A DNA stretch of 64,000 nucleotides from Chrysomallon squamiferum (GCA_012295275.1 CM022665.1:44206001-44270000); one strand, 5' to 3'; counted from the stretch's first letter, positions 31,714-46,314 are shown. Notes: generated by a model not told the origin, from the sequence alone. Made by a program: numbers and translations.

Positions 31714-33461
31714 ATAAATACAAATTTCATCAATTTAAAAGAGAATGAATGGAAGTTTAACAATGTCCTGTCATAATCATAAAAAATTTGAACTGTTCTC
31801 TCACACAAGATAACTGTTTACATTGAACAAAGTTCCTATGTAAAAATATATTCATTTTTTTTTTTGACAAGTAATAATATTTTTTTTATACATTGTCATA
31901 AGTGTACAGAGTACCAGATGTGGTGTATAAATGCATATATAATTATTATTATTATCATTTTATTCAAGTTTTAAAATAATTTTATACTGCTGAAGCAGAT
32001 ACGTACCATATCTGGGGGATTTTTCAGAATATATGTTGTTAGTTTATGCTTCATGTCCACATAGCCCTGATAGCCGCAAGCAATACAGCGCTGGGAAATC
32101 ATTTGTTTTCTCTGCTGCACTGACTGAAACAAAGACAAATATACTTTTCATTAGTCAACCAAAATTAATCATAATCTAACACGTCAACAAGTTTAAAACC
32201 ATTACATGTCATCCTCATTAGAGTTTTTGGTGCATCAGAATCTGAACAATATAAACAGCTGAACAGAAAATTCTAAAATTTTACATAATGTATCGAATGA
32301 TTGATTCGTAAAACATTATTAAAATTCAGTTACTTAAATTACTAATCAGTTTAAGAAACTATCTATAACAGTAAACTTAACACATAAACAACAAAGTGGT
32401 GTTGGGTGGTGGTGTTTTTTTTCAGTCTATAAATAAACCAGCTAGGTAATAAATTGTGTGATAAGCTTACAAGATTAGTTTCTGGATTTGAACATTCGGG
32501 ACACAAGACAAATCGTTTGATAAAGCCATCAAGCAATCCCTGAAGTTTCTCAGAATCATGTGAGCCATTGACAATGTAGCGATCATTTTTGGCATCAAAA
32601 AGAGTTTGAGCTCCGAGTTCGCAGCCAAAATATTTGGTGGGATCTGAAAATTAAAATTAATTAAAAAACTAACGTTAGTGATTAAAATGATCCATTTTCA
32701 AATTCAGTGCTTTAGAAAATATTTTTCTTTAAATGAAAATGCTTTAAAGATGTCTGATCATCAAAAAACATTAACTTTTCAACATCTCTAGCTTTTTCAG
32801 ATTTTGTAATAAAAAAGTCTATATTTATACAATAAATAAATAAAATAAATAATAATAAGCTAAAAATCTGAAACATATGGACCAAACAAATGGTGAAAAT
32901 ATTAATCTTGAAAGTGAAAATGCACCATCATGTTGTGTGAAGATATATTTTTACTGTTTGTGTTTAACTGATATTTGTGACAAATATGCAAAGTCTCTTA
33001 CATGAAGGCGGTCTGGACAGTGCTTTGGCAACATCTGTCATATTAACAATCACTGTTTTGATCCCATTTCCCTTACCCTCAACCTGAAATTTCAAATATT
33101 GTCAAATTTAAAAACCACATTAAACTATTAATAAACTATAAACATGATAAAATTTGAAATTCTATTTAGTCAGTTATATTAAGAAAAGATTTTATACTTC
33201 ATTTTATTATTTTACAACTTTTTCCCAATATCAAACTTCAAAGAACGTTATAGCTTTTAAATTACCTTGAGTGTTAAAACAGCCTGGCTTTGTGTAAATA
33301 GTCATAATATTTTACCTTTAGCAACATTTTATTATCTAAGCCACACCATCACATTTCAAAAAGATATGATTATATTTTTCAACTCTCACTTTGGCTAAGA
33401 GCCGAGGCATCTTGTAGCGGTAAAACTGGTCAGCCACTGTTCTGTCGATGTTGAGAGCCAT
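28258..33461 (-). CDS. EIF5: Eukaryotic translation initiation factor 5, 442 aa
   Basis: Coding exons 33461-33390, 33083-33002, 32643-32471, 32123-32007, 31555-31382, 31022-30861, 30405-30250, 29898-29731, 29151-29029, 28359-28258 (1329 nt). [39 protein letters not shown]...[13 protein letters not shown], zinc ribbon CPEC...CIAC, W2 domain with [15 protein letters not shown] and [13 protein letters not shown]-terminus DDDFDIDAI. Confidence 0.97.
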
Positions 33462-34726
33462 TTTGAATGGACAGTCAGATACGGCTTTCTTTTCCGATGA
33501 ATACCTCCGTCTGTTTTATTGAAGTGATTGCTGTGCTTAGGGAACTTCATAAACCTTGGTTGAGCACCTATACCCCTACAGTTCTGTTTGGGTTCAATAA
33601 TTCTCTCTTCCCACCACAAGGGCCCTGTATTTAAAATTTATAAAAATTATGTATTTATTAAGACAATGGTAAATTTAAAAAAATATTAAAAATTATTTTA
33701 AAAAAAATAAATGGATGAGAAAGTGTTGGGGACTTGATTTTTTTTTTAAATTTAATTGTGGGGGGGGTAGTAAAACGTTTAACAATTATAAAATTATGGA
33801 TCAAATCATTATAAATAATAAAAAACAAAAAATAATGAACATATTGTAAATAACAGCACCGAAGCATTGTCATGAGTGATATTAAAAGAAAACCATAATC
33901 TATCAGTTTTTAATTTATATAATGAAGATCAGAGCATGCAAATGATACATTTTGAATTCTTTGAAAACAAAATTTTATATGTATAAATTCCTAAATAACT
34001 GACTTATCATCTGTTAAAACAAAATTTTCACTTGAAAGTGTACATTTTTCCATCTAGTTTATTATAAAAAAAACCTTTATGAAACCGACATCTGATTGAA
34101 CATTCAACATTTTACAAATTATTTAATCATTTTTTTATATGATAAATCTGTCAACTTTAAACTTATTATCTGTAATACTGTTATTAGGTCCACTGCGACA
34201 TAAACAAAATATTAATTATATTTATAATGATGCTTCGTGGCAACGCCATATGCTCAAGTCGAGATACTCCAAAGCCTCTACTAACTTTAATTCATAATCG
34301 ATCAACTCTACTAACTTTAATTCATAATCGATCAAAAGTTTTCTATTAATTATACAACATCTTAATTATCTGGCATTGTGTTACATTAACTGTTTATCTG
34401 TAGCTCTACAAGTTGTCATTTCTTTCTCGTTACATTTCGCCACGTGTTGTAGATGCCAATATGGCCGAAATTTCATCGTATCTAGTTTGACCTTTAGTTC
34501 ACAAAGTAGTATAGATTAACTCTAAGAATGACTTTTGTACATTCAAATTGTAAAAATCCAATATCAGTAAGACCAAATACGTACCGTCTGGATTCAAATA
34601 CGTCATAAAAACGCTGAAAATGAGCAAAGCAACTGATACTGGTCGGCAGAATGTGCAAGGCGACAGCCAAAGGGCGCTAGGACCCAATATGTTAGCGGGA
34701 AATGTCACTTGGGAAAACTGAAACAT
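33395..34726 (-). promoter_or_regulatory. Spliced upstream ORF (123 aa) in the eIF5 leader, overlapping the main ORF out of frame
   Basis: Leader exons 34736-34585 and 33624-33390. AUGs at 34726 (tgtATGt), 34606 (tttATGa) and 33550 (tttATGa) share one frame across the splice junction and end at TAG 33397-33395, downstream of the main AUG 33461 (aaaATGg). Confidence 0.85.
34276..34335. repeat. Exact 30-bp tandem duplication in eIF5 leader intron
   Basis: ctctactaactttaattcataatcgatcaa occurs twice head-to-tail. Confidence 0.9.
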
Positions 34727-34863
34727 ACACCAGAATCTGTGAAATAAAATAAGAAAGTAATGCTATATAATGGACTATAAATTATTTTCAAAGCATTTCA
34801 TAATGAACGAACAGTACAAAATTACAGTAATAAATTGAGGCGTATCTGCCTTCTACTACGTAC

Positions 34864-34975
34864 ATCTCTGGCAAAAGAATGACAAGAAAGTGCCCGGATG
34901 ACAATCACGGACCAACGAGACGATAAAACTATGGAAAACTATACTCCATTTGACAAATGCTGTTTGACGTCACAA
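34864..34975 (-). promoter_or_regulatory. Probable eIF5 promoter and first non-coding exon
   Basis: CpG-retaining segment; on the minus strand a pyrimidine-rich start region (ctttcttgtcattcttttgccagagat) is followed by donor-like gtacgt; palindromic CRE TGACGTCA at 34965-34972. Confidence 0.5.
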
Positions 34976-35496
34976 ATTACTATTACCATTAGCGACCATT
35001 ATATTTAGAAATGCGTAGGTTGGACTCATTGAATTAAACTAGCCAAAAAAATATGTCCATATCTATAAATAACCAACTAACAATAGTTTGTACATAGAAA
35101 GACAAAATTAAAAACGTAATATTTTAAAGGTTATTAATAGTACAATAGTGAAAGCACATGTACGTAACAAAATGAAATGAATATGTTATTATGTATGAAA
35201 TCATTTGATTATGAAAACTGCATTCACTCTGTAATGATGTCCGCTACTATATAATGTGATTAGGATAGTAATATTTAAAAATAATTAGCATAAATTATAT
35301 ATTCATTTGTATAATTACGATCTAGATTTTACTCTCCCTTTCTCATCGATTTATGCCAAAATACATTTGTGCACTGGATAATCAAATAAATGGTCCATCT
35401 GCTATTAACATTAAGTATCTATGTAAAATGCATTGTCATTGTCATTATTATTATTATTATTATTATTTCATATTTATGAATTAAAATATAAACTTC

Positions 35497-35531
<35 letters not shown>

Positions 35532-36539
35532 ACTAAATTAAAATAAAATAAATAAATAAAAAATACAAACTTATAATTCTGTCTTAAATTTACAGTTCCT
35601 TGTTGTTAGTTATTGTAGCTAAGGTTTAAAATGAATTATGATATCTTAATTAACATATTAAATTTGAATTTTGTGTAAACAGTTTCTGAATATACTAAGT
35701 AACTATTTTGAATAACACCAAGTTTAAATTAATAAACCATGAATTTGTAATAACTCTACCAAACATGCGTTTGTGAACAAGTAATACGAGTTATGTCCCC
35801 TGAACATTGGAATTGAAACTATAATTATTCCAAATAAATTTGGTTATATTAAAATGATGCTGCGATCAAGTCGGAGATAATTACCGAACTCTTTTATTTT
35901 ACCATTTGTAGACAGAATTGTTCTCTTCAGTTCTTAGCAGTAATAATAATACTTTAAAAAGAAAAAAAAAAAAAAAAAAAAAAGAGTAAATAAATAAATA
36001 ATGATAATAACTTATATGAATTTTGTTTTGTAACAAAATGTGCAAATTGTATTCAACAACTTTTTAATTTACCTATGGCAAAAGACAAACACGACTTAAA
36101 TGAAAACCCACAAGCCCCACTATTTCACTGTTACTAATAGTATTAGTATTAGCAGCTTGAGATATTTTAAATGAAACTTCATATACACAGGAAAACGCAT
36201 TTGACGGCTTTCGATAAAGCAAAATGGAAAAAAGTGTGCGACAAGGATATTATCATCCTTCGTAATACATTGCATCTTAGCCTTATAACTAGTCACTTAC
36301 GTACTTATAATCCGTTTCACCCCGGCCAAACTACTTCAAATAACAAATTTAAATATCTGATAAGTATATACAGATTAAGATATTTAGCGATGCTGTATTT
36401 CTTATCAGTGTAAGTAATAAATAATAAGAGGTGGAAAATTATCTTGAACATATCATAATTCTGTTAAATATACCTGCTTTTTTTTTTTTTTTTTTTTTGT
36501 ATTTTCTTGATGGCTGACGAATAGAAACCAAAGCCCTCA

Positions 36540-37418
36540 CTTGAACGGAATAATTCGTGCGTATGACGTCAAATGTTCTAGAAACGTCAGAGAAAAGAGT
36601 CTAGACTAAAAAGTTAGTATGCACAAGATAGTGGTTAAAGCAATTGTCTAAGGGTCGGAGCAGGGACATATTTACGGAAAACTAGTGTATCTGGCAAACT
36701 CTAAAACTGTCCATTCCTGGTAATCGTTTAGAGAACTACAAACAGACATTGCTCAGTGGCATTTTCTTCAAATGGTGCCCAGAGCAGGTGCCACACATAG
36801 CTGAACCATGATTTCATTCATTATTATTCTCTGCAGCATGAATTGTCCTGTCATAAAATATCATATCTTGAATCTTACTGAACAAAGTCGACCATGAAAT
36901 TAAATTAATGGATTTCTCTTTTGTTTTCTTTCTTTTTTCTTTCTTTTTTTTTTTTAGTTAAATATATTTAATTTTTATCTTTTTAACTTTGACCTAATCA
37001 TGTTATTATATCATGTTTAATAATAATAATAATAATTTTTTAATATAGAAAGAAAACAATTTCACGATTGACATGTCAATATTGAGACTATTTTTTTAGA
37101 ATATAGTTTAAACATACGAGAGAATACGAGATTTCTACGATCCGCCATCTTTGGTGATGATTCCATGGGAGGAAACTTTTTGTCTCTGGAGCTTTAGCGC
37201 AGGGCACTGACAACAGGCCCATGAGTCTACGCCTGAATATAAATTAAATCAGAAATTATTTCAAAACAGATCGAGACATTACTCTTTTTGATATCTTTAC
37301 ATGTGATTTGTTTGTTTACAAATACTGAACATTCCATTCGTCTCGATTTCAAATCGGATTTGCCTTAGGTCAGTGCTGTCAAATTCGAGAAACTGCATTT
37401 TGTATTTTACTGGTAAGT
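36540..37418 (+). promoter_or_regulatory. Probable distal kinesin light chain promoter and non-coding first exon
   Basis: CpG-retaining region with CRE TGACGTCA (36564-36571), YY1-like CCGCCATCTT (37142-37151) and a consensus donor TG|GTAAGT at 37413; the downstream exon at 43547 has an acceptor and so needs an upstream exon. Confidence 0.45.
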
Positions 37419-37764
37419 AATCAACAACCACACCATATTTCTGTGATCTTATGTGATATTTCAAATGAACATATGACATTCTTATTTTCTTCTGGTTCCT
37501 GGGTTGTGCCATGATGCTTTAACATAAATATGAATGTCATGTGGTTGTCAGTATCATGCGTATGGACTGCGGGCAGTTTAATTTTGTTTATTGTATATAA
37601 ATATTCCACATTCGCATAGTATCGATTTTCACTGAATGTGAGATATTTCCTTTTGGTAGGTTATGACAGCTGTGCAAAATAACTGTTCACAGTTTCACAG
37701 TGTTCAAAATTTTTCTTTTGTAAGCCAGAAAATATTTATCAAGTACAAAAGTACATTTAAAAAC

Positions 37765-37892
37765 ATTATTCAGTTTATAGTTCTGAACGTAAAATGATTT
37801 ACAAACAATGAAATAAAAGCTGTTTTAATTATTCAGTTTATTGTTCTTAATGTAAAATGATTTACAAACAATGAAATAAAAGCTGTTTTAAT
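37765..37892. repeat. About 63-bp tandem duplication
   Basis: ttattcagtttat(a/t)gttct..a.gtaaaatgatttacaaacaatgaaataaaagctgttttaat twice. Confidence 0.88.
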
Positions 37893-40800
37893 AGACCAGT
37901 TAATGAGTTATGGTTAAAACTTCCAACTACAAAACTGTTAAAAACATCTGGAATTTTGTTTATATATTATGTTCACTTATTTTTTTGTTTTTATTTATTC
38001 ATTTTAATAATAAAGAGAATAACTATTATTTAACTGTTGTGTATCGTGTTTCATATTTATAAGGAACCTCAAATTGTTGCCAGAAAATGTTAACTATGTG
38101 AACATTTTATGATTCATCTTGTGACGTTAACTAAATAATTAAAAAGTAGTTCGAAGGAATGAAAGTTGCTTTGATTACTTTCGCTTAATTAAATAAGAAC
38201 TGTGATATTTATATAAGAGAAATAAAAACCTAAGTTTTCTGTTAGCATTCAGCTGTCAAGAAATATGTCTTAATGAAAAAATTATAGCCAAGTTATATTT
38301 AGTCACTTCACTGACAGAGTACCAGTTTATATTGTTTATTTTTATTATAGTAATCAAGATAAACTATGTTACAGTATGTGTCATGTTCTGACTCAGTCAG
38401 CAGAATTTCAATAGATTAAAACCATTACATTAAATACACACTGTTACTGACACGAGTGTGAGTATGTGTGTGTGTGTGTGTGTGTGTGTGTCTAGTAGCC
38501 TCAGGAGGTGTTTGTTTTTAATATAACGTTAAGCAATCTTCCCAAGCTAATGTTATACACGAGCTATATACATTGATGATGACTCTCACTTCATAGTGAC
38601 AGTAACTATTATTAGTATCATTAATTATTTATTATTATTATTATTATTCTGTAATTGTTGTTGTTGTTGTTGTTGTTTATTTATTTTTTTTTTTTTTTTA
38701 ATTTATTATTATTACTATTATTTTTTTTTTTTTTTTTTTTTTGTAGAACATTGGTTTCTTATCTTGATTTAAATAAGACATAAATTTAAAAGGTAATTTT
38801 TTTTATCAGCCAAGCAAACAAGTGTAGACATTACAGTCGGCTTGGGAAACACATACGTGCTTGGAACATTTGAATAAGATCACCTGATTAGGAAAATATT
38901 TTATAGTGAGAACCTTTTAAAAGTTTGTTCCCCTTAAACTCTTTATTTTTTTTTTAAAGAGAATATGAATTTTAATTTCATATTAATGTCATTACATATT
39001 CATTGATTTGATTTAAATTTAAATAACAAATAAGAATACATTTTATTAAATCTTGATTAATATGTCATTCGTAAATCAATTTAAAAAAAAAAAAAGGTTT
39101 CTAAACTGGAAAGTGATAAAGGTGATTGGAATTTCATTTTTTTTTTTAGTAAATATATATATAAGAAATTATTTAGTGATAATAAAGAACATTAAAAGGC
39201 ATTTCCAGGTCTTTTTTGTACCCATATTGGAATTATAGTTGTCAGAAGGATGGAAATAATTAAGTTTGAGAATACCACACAAATATATACTTTAAATTGA
39301 GATTTTCTTTCTTAATTCAAAATGTGCTGTAAATTATTTTTTAAAATAAATAATTAATAATAATAAATGAAGAATTTATTCTGTTCTGAAAGGCATGACG
39401 TAAATATTCCTTATCCTAAACAAATATTAATGACATGAAATGTATACTCTGAACAGAGTAATCAGATATGAAATATTTTATTACATTATTATTATTATTA
39501 TTATTATATGATACTGTAACTGTTTAATCGGAACCTGATGTAGTAAAATATCTTTCTAGTTATATTTGATTATTTTTGTTTTATAATGAACAGTTTTTTT
39601 TCTGGCAGCAAATTATATAGATTAAGCAGCAGTAACAACAGCTTTCTCCTTCTGCAAAATTAAATTTAAAAAAGAAGAATGTATATATATAATGAAATTG
39701 CATGGAAAATGTGTATAAAATAACAGCAATGCCAACAGTATAAAATCTAATGAGCTTTTATTAACCACAAAGTTCTAAAACAAATAGAGACTGCTTCTAT
39801 TTAACGTCACTCATTATTTAACATACATAGCTTTAGCATAATTTTAAAATTCAAAGCTCATAGCTTTTTGTACATAGCAGAAATTCTTTTGATTTTTTTT
39901 CTTTTTTAAATGTTTTTTCTTGGATTTCTTTCTTTACATGTGTGTCTAAAAATACTTAAAATTCATTTTAAAATTCTATATTATAACCACATAAAAAGAA
40001 GAAAGGAAAGAAAATGATGGAATTTAGAAGTAAAAACTGTTTATAACATGCATCAGTGTATCAGGCTTTGAAAAAAATGGAACAACAGATTGTTTCTTTT
40101 AAGCAAAGGGAAGTTAAATGGAAAGTTGTTGGAGTGCTGACATACAGAATTTGTTTATCTCTAGCAAATTTACATTATTAACAGTTTTAAAATGATTAAA
40201 TAAACCTTTACCCAAAACAACCATTCACACTTTAAATACTTTTGCATATATATATAAAACACCTGGAACATAATTAAATATGTAGTTTCAGTGCTAATAT
40301 GCTGTATATAGATCTGAGTTGTATAGTAATTAAAATTTAATATAGTAGATAGTGTAGTATTTGCTATATGGAAGGAAGCTACAGAATATAACATTTTTTC
40401 ATCAAACCATTTTTAAAGTAACATTCACACATTATTTCAGTTAAGATCATTTGATCTTCAGCATAAACTATGATAAAGCATATACAAAAAAATTGGAAAT
40501 ATATTTGTTAAATATATCTCCCATTTAATTTTAAATGAACTATACAGACATTGACATGAACGTGTTAACTTTTACTATTAATATTACCTTTGTCAGTTTT
40601 GATATATTATGTGTTAACTTACATGTGTCTCTCTGTCCTGGAAGAATTTCAAAGAAATATGAACACTAATATATCATCAAGCCACTTCTTTTTTCATTAT
40701 TTAAATCACTAACTCGCGTACAATGCAGACAACAATGTATAATTAAATTGCAGGGATACAGTAGCACAAATTTGGATTATTGGAAATTACTAATGGCTAA

Positions 40801-42227
40801 TGGCTTGTTCTTCCTCATCATTGTTTGAATAGTAAATGGTATTAACGCTGCATTAGTCAGATTGTGTGAAAGAAGATAATCAAGCGTTCTGTTTATTCAA
40901 TCACTGGCCAGATTTGATTATGTAACGTTAGAATACACAGAATTGCCAAATTGCTTTTAACGTAATTTAAATATAAAATAAACCATAATTTTCAGATGGA
41001 AATTTTATGAATAACAAAACATAAAATGAAAAAAAAAATAAAAAATCCTTTATTGAAATGACTTTTTCGGAAATAAGACTTTAAACATTTGGTAAAATTT
41101 ATTGTGAAAGTTATCTTGTCGTGGCAACGGTTTTTAGCTGAATTAAAGGACAAATACTCCATACTGCCTTTATTGACTGTATTCCATTCAGCCAGTGCTA
41201 ACACTGTTTGAATTTAAAAATAATTTTAGTATAAAATATTTTTTAAAAAGTGCTATTACCATTTGTCCAGGGAAAGTTAGTAGTTAGATTGATTTCTTTT
41301 TTTTTTTTTTTTTTCCCCCATTATCATTATTTAAAAAAAAAAAAAAAACATTTTTTGATGTATAAAATACTGAGTTAAACAACTACTTGTTAATTTACTT
41401 TACATAGTATAAGATATCTGAATATGTTTCCTGAAAAGTATTACATACGACCTTTAAATGATTCTGAGACCATACAACGATATCAACTAAATATAACTCA
41501 ATCCATTCATCATGTACATAGAGCTTTCTTCCATTTACATACCACATAAATGAGAAAATAGATCATTTTCTTAGTCATGCTGCACAACTGCTTAACCTCA
41601 GTTTATTTATTTTTTGTTGTTTATCCATTTTATTTCACTTTTAATTTTTATATTTTCTTTTTCCTTAAGTTATTTATTTATTTATTTAATGATTTATTTA
41701 TTTATTTATTTATTTATTTAATTATTTATTTATTTATTTATTTAATTATTTATTTATTTATGTTTTCTAACTTAAAATTTGTCCTGAAAAAAAAAAAAAA
41801 AAATTCATACTAAGCTATTAGTCACTGCACTTTACATGAATTATTACAAGAACTGACAGTTTTGATTGAATAGTGAGCTTGAGGAAGACGATTTTAAATT
41901 TTTTATGATTTTTTTTTTTATGGCTGTGTTGTTTCATAATCAGAGTGTCTTGGTGAACAGACTAATCTTGTGTTAAGCTGTTTATATTGTAGACAGCACA
42001 GTTTAGATGCGACAGATAACATAGACAAACGGAACAATTCAACCATAGCTTTCATAGTTTCGATCTGTACACTCTGCGATATTACCCTATGTTATGTCTA
42101 GTATTTGAGTCTTACAAAATTTGAAGTAAATCTTTCTTTTTATCTTTATAAACATTTTATTTATTTATTTATTTTATAAATTTGTATCTTTATATTAATA
42201 TATAGCAACCATTTTATTTTGTAAGGT

Positions 42228-42259
<32 letters not shown>

Positions 42260-43024
42260 TATTAATAAAATTTAATTTATTTGTATATGTTGTATTTACA
42301 GTATTTGTATATGTATGTATTCTTTTATGTTCACAAAATTTTTTGTATTTTATTTGATATTTGATTATTTATTTATTTATTTATTAAATGCACTGTCCAA
42401 ATGGTATAATGCTTCATACATAATATTCAAATATACAAATTTTGCACTATTTTATTTCAGGATAATTTATGAAATAAGTAATTATGTTAATATATTGTGG
42501 GGAGTTTGTTTTAATTTATTGTTCATTAGTGTTCTCACTGCATTACTCCTGGTACTCCAGATTGCTGTTGCAAAAATATAATTAAACACTGATCCAAATC
42601 GATTCCCTCAGTGATAAAAAGTGATTAAAATGTTACTTCTAAGGTTTAAGTGTTACTTCAGGCAGCTTATGACTAAATATTTAACAAAGTGAGAAAATGT
42701 TATTGGAAAACTCCCAAAGATGATATAATGATGTTGAACTCAAATAACAAAATAATTTGATCATTTATTGGAACAAACAGGACATTCTAATCAGTAAACT
42801 TTTATCATCACTAAATTATGAAAAAGATTATTAGGATTTAGAAATTCATACAGTACTTATGTCAAAACAGTTTGTAGTACAGTGAGGACATACACAGACA
42901 GTGATCTTGTTCTTTTGTCTGTTTTATCATGTTCATATTTATATATTTCTAACAACACAATTTTATTACAATTTTTATTATATGAAAGGTGTTATTAATA
43001 TAATTTTTGGTCCTTAAATACAGC

Positions 43025-43262
43025 CTGGAAACTTATGATTTGAAAAATGTATAGTCATAATAAATTTAATTATCAAAAGACAAAAACCTGTTTGATGGTG
43101 TTCATTGGAAATTTCACTACACCATACTTCTGCTGGCAGATTCTGGAAACTTACAATTTGAAAAATTCATAATCATAATAAATTTAATTACGAAAAGATA
43201 AAAACCTATTTTATATTGATCTTTGGAATTTTCACTGCATCATACTTCAGCTAGCAGATTTT
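43025..43262. repeat. About 120-bp diverged tandem duplication
   Basis: ctggaaactta...tttgaaaaat...tcataataaatttaatta...tttcact...catacttc.gct.gcagatt at about 43025 and 43143. Confidence 0.8.
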
Positions 43263-43593
43263 GATATACAACACTGTCCATGTCAATTAGACTGAAATTC
43301 AAATATCCTAAATAGATTAACTGTGGTTGCCACGGGCACAGCTAAACTAATGAATTGTTCAGTATCGGCAACATAATCCATGCTAATCCTTAGGGAGATG
43401 CTGAAAATAATATTTTTTTTTTTTTCAAAAATGACCAAAAATTATTTTAAATGTCCCTTTGTAAACAATGATTTGCTTGTTCTATGGTTGTTGTTACTTC
43501 TGTTGCATGGAATAACACTGCACAAACTGCATGCTTTTTATTTCAGTTTGACACTTAACACTGAAATGAAGTGACAAACTGATTAAAAAAAAA

Positions 43594-43619
43594 ATGGAGG
43601 CAAAGAGTGAAGATGACCG
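43594..43619 (+). CDS. KLC: Kinesin light chain alternative N-terminal coding exon (MEAKSEDDR)
   Basis: Acceptor tttcag| at 43546, strong-context aaaATGg at 43594, donor CG|GTAAGT at 43620 in phase 2, matching the phase of the exon at 52235. Confidence 0.6.
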
Positions 43620-43855
43620 GTAAGTCATGCATGCATGGCTTTTCATTCTCTCTTCAGCTGCTTATGTGTTTTTGTGCTAAAGCAAACTAAAGTGAATGTT
43701 TGTGGTAGGTACTGAGCTGCCTAAATCAATTATGTACAGTGACTTAGAATACACCTTAATATTTGTTTTATCATTTTTTGTTTGTTATTACCTTTAAACT
43801 TATTTATTTTATTATTAATGTTTTTCCTAATTGTTATTATTATTATTATTATTAT

Positions 43856-43897
<42 letters not shown>

Positions 43898-43971
43898 CAG
43901 TAGCTGTAGTAGTATTCTAAATTAAAACAGCATGTTCATTTTATTTATTTATATATTTATATATTATTAAT

Positions 43972-44024
<53 letters not shown>

Positions 44025-45959
44025 ATTAAAAAAACAACACCTGGAATTCATCCTATTAATATACTATTGAATCTTAGTTTACAGTTCATTTTATATATCT
44101 AAGATCAGTTGCTGCAAACACCTAATGAAACAGCATCATCACTGCTGTCTATAGATTGTGACTTTAATTACCTCAGTTCACACGATACACCACAAACTGC
44201 ACATCTAAGCTCATTAAAGTAAATAAGTAAATTGCATGAATGCAATATATTATTAGTGCATTAACATGAAGCTGACTGAGAAATAGTAGACATGTTAGTG
44301 TAGTCATTAAATAAAAGCTTAAAATTAAAATAGTTTTTCTTATAAATATGTGATTTATTTCCACAATTTAATTTAATCTTTTTATTTTTTTTTTTTTTAA
44401 TTTGTTAGTATTTTTACTCAATTAAAAGTATTAACAATACCGTTTAAAAATTAATTTGAAAACATCTGCCCTTCAATATATACATTTTTAAATCTTCAGT
44501 AAAAGATTTCTTTTTTTTCCTTTTTTTTCTTTTTTTTTTTTTTTTTTTTTTTCTTTTTCTTTCTTACTTGTTTTTACTTTTAAATTTATTTTTTAATGGT
44601 CCTAATGTATAGAGGATTTAATGCCATTGATGGTAAAAAAAAAATGTACACTCATCATACTAAAAGTATATTATACCTTGTTTATCTGTTGCACTGAAAG
44701 TTAACCACAGATTTATTATTCCAATCTGACCAGGGCTTCATGTCTGGTTGTTATATCAACAGTCTAAAACAGTCATGAATTTTCATTACATTTATTTCAC
44801 TAGATTTGTAGATTAGAGTTTTCAGGTATAATGGTCATTGTTGTAGTCCTTTATCTTATGATTCTTATCTGTTTTTCATAACTCTTGTTTATTTATGATA
44901 ACTAAATTTACTTAATGGTTTATTATTATTATTATTTTATTACATTTTACTTTTCTTTTCTTTTTTTAATTAAGTAATTTATTTATTTATTGCTACAAGT
45001 TTTTCTCTAAACTTAACTGAAGAAATACTAAGTAAAACGCCTTTTATCTCTGGTTGCTTTATAAATGTCTTTAATAAGCGGCTGAATCTATTCAAGAAAA
45101 TGGCAATCTGTATTTTTTGTTGTTGTTTATTTTCATTTTGTTTTTATTTATTTAATGTTTTATTCTCCCTTCAGGATAACCTTGTAATGATGGTATTGTG
45201 CATAACTGTCAAAATAAAAACACAACAAAGTGGAGGTTCAAACGAATGTTTCCTTTTTTATTTATTTTTATTTTTTTTTAAATTTTGTTGCAACAGTAAT
45301 CATATTTGGCATTTTTCATATTTCTAGCAATAATAATAATTTTACATTTAAAAATAGAAGGCCATTCCTTTGAAAATTAGAATGCATGTTTTTGCTTTAA
45401 GGAAATATTTTTTTTTTTTCTTTTTGATGCTGATGTATTCTGGATGTGTGTCTGTACATACTATGACACAGGAACATTTACTTAAACAGGAATTACTCTA
45501 ATATATAAATTAATATTCATATTGTTAATTTATTGTTTTATTTTTTCCTCAGCATGAGGGGAGGACTTCATTCCATTAGAAAGTGATATTCACTCCCCCT
45601 TATTTTCCTTAAAAAAAAGATATAATTAAAAAAAAAAAAAAATAAAAACACAAATCTTGCTAAATCATTTTTAAAACTGTCAATCATAATCTTAATGGAT
45701 TTCAAATGCTATTTTTTTAATAATGTTTTTATGTCATTCAAGCTAATAATGGTTTACATTGCTGTTTTAATAATAACATTACCTGTTGCAACACTATTAA
45801 AACCCAGAAATAGATTTAAAAAAAAAAATTCACACAAGTAATCATTAACTATTACATCACATATTTTCAAACTATATTCCAGAATTTGCTTTGTGTTCCT
45901 GTTTTGGTCTGTTTCTTTTGCATATGTTTATTACATTCAGAATAATTTGTATTAATGTT

Positions 45960-46248
45960 TATTACCTTTAGTGCCAAAAATACTAAGAGGTGATAAAACC
46001 CCAATTTTAGAAAGGTCCAAATTTCATTAATTAATCTAATATACAGAAAAGATGTGCATGATGACCTAAACAACAAAACACACACATTCAGACATGCATA
46101 CATACACACATATAAATATATATGAGTTTATGCCTATTACCTTTAGTGCCAAAAATATTTAAATGTTGAATGCAAAACCATAATTTTAGAAACATCCAAA
46201 TTTCATTAATCAATCTAATATACAGGAAAGATAACAGAGATGTACATG

Positions 46249-46310
<62 letters not shown>
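45960..46310. repeat. About 175-bp diverged tandem duplication ending in (CA)n
   Basis: tattacctttagtgccaaaaata...aattttagaaa..tccaaatttcattaat.aatctaatatacag.aaagat at about 45960 and 46135. Confidence 0.8.

Positions 46311-46314
<4 letters not shown>

Noticed and set aside
37154-37236. Possible C/D box snoRNA (GTGATGA at 37154, CTGA at 37207 and 37233)
   Set aside because: No convincing terminal stem, no recognisable rRNA guide, and it lies in a promoter-like region; needs snoscan/Infernal to revisit.
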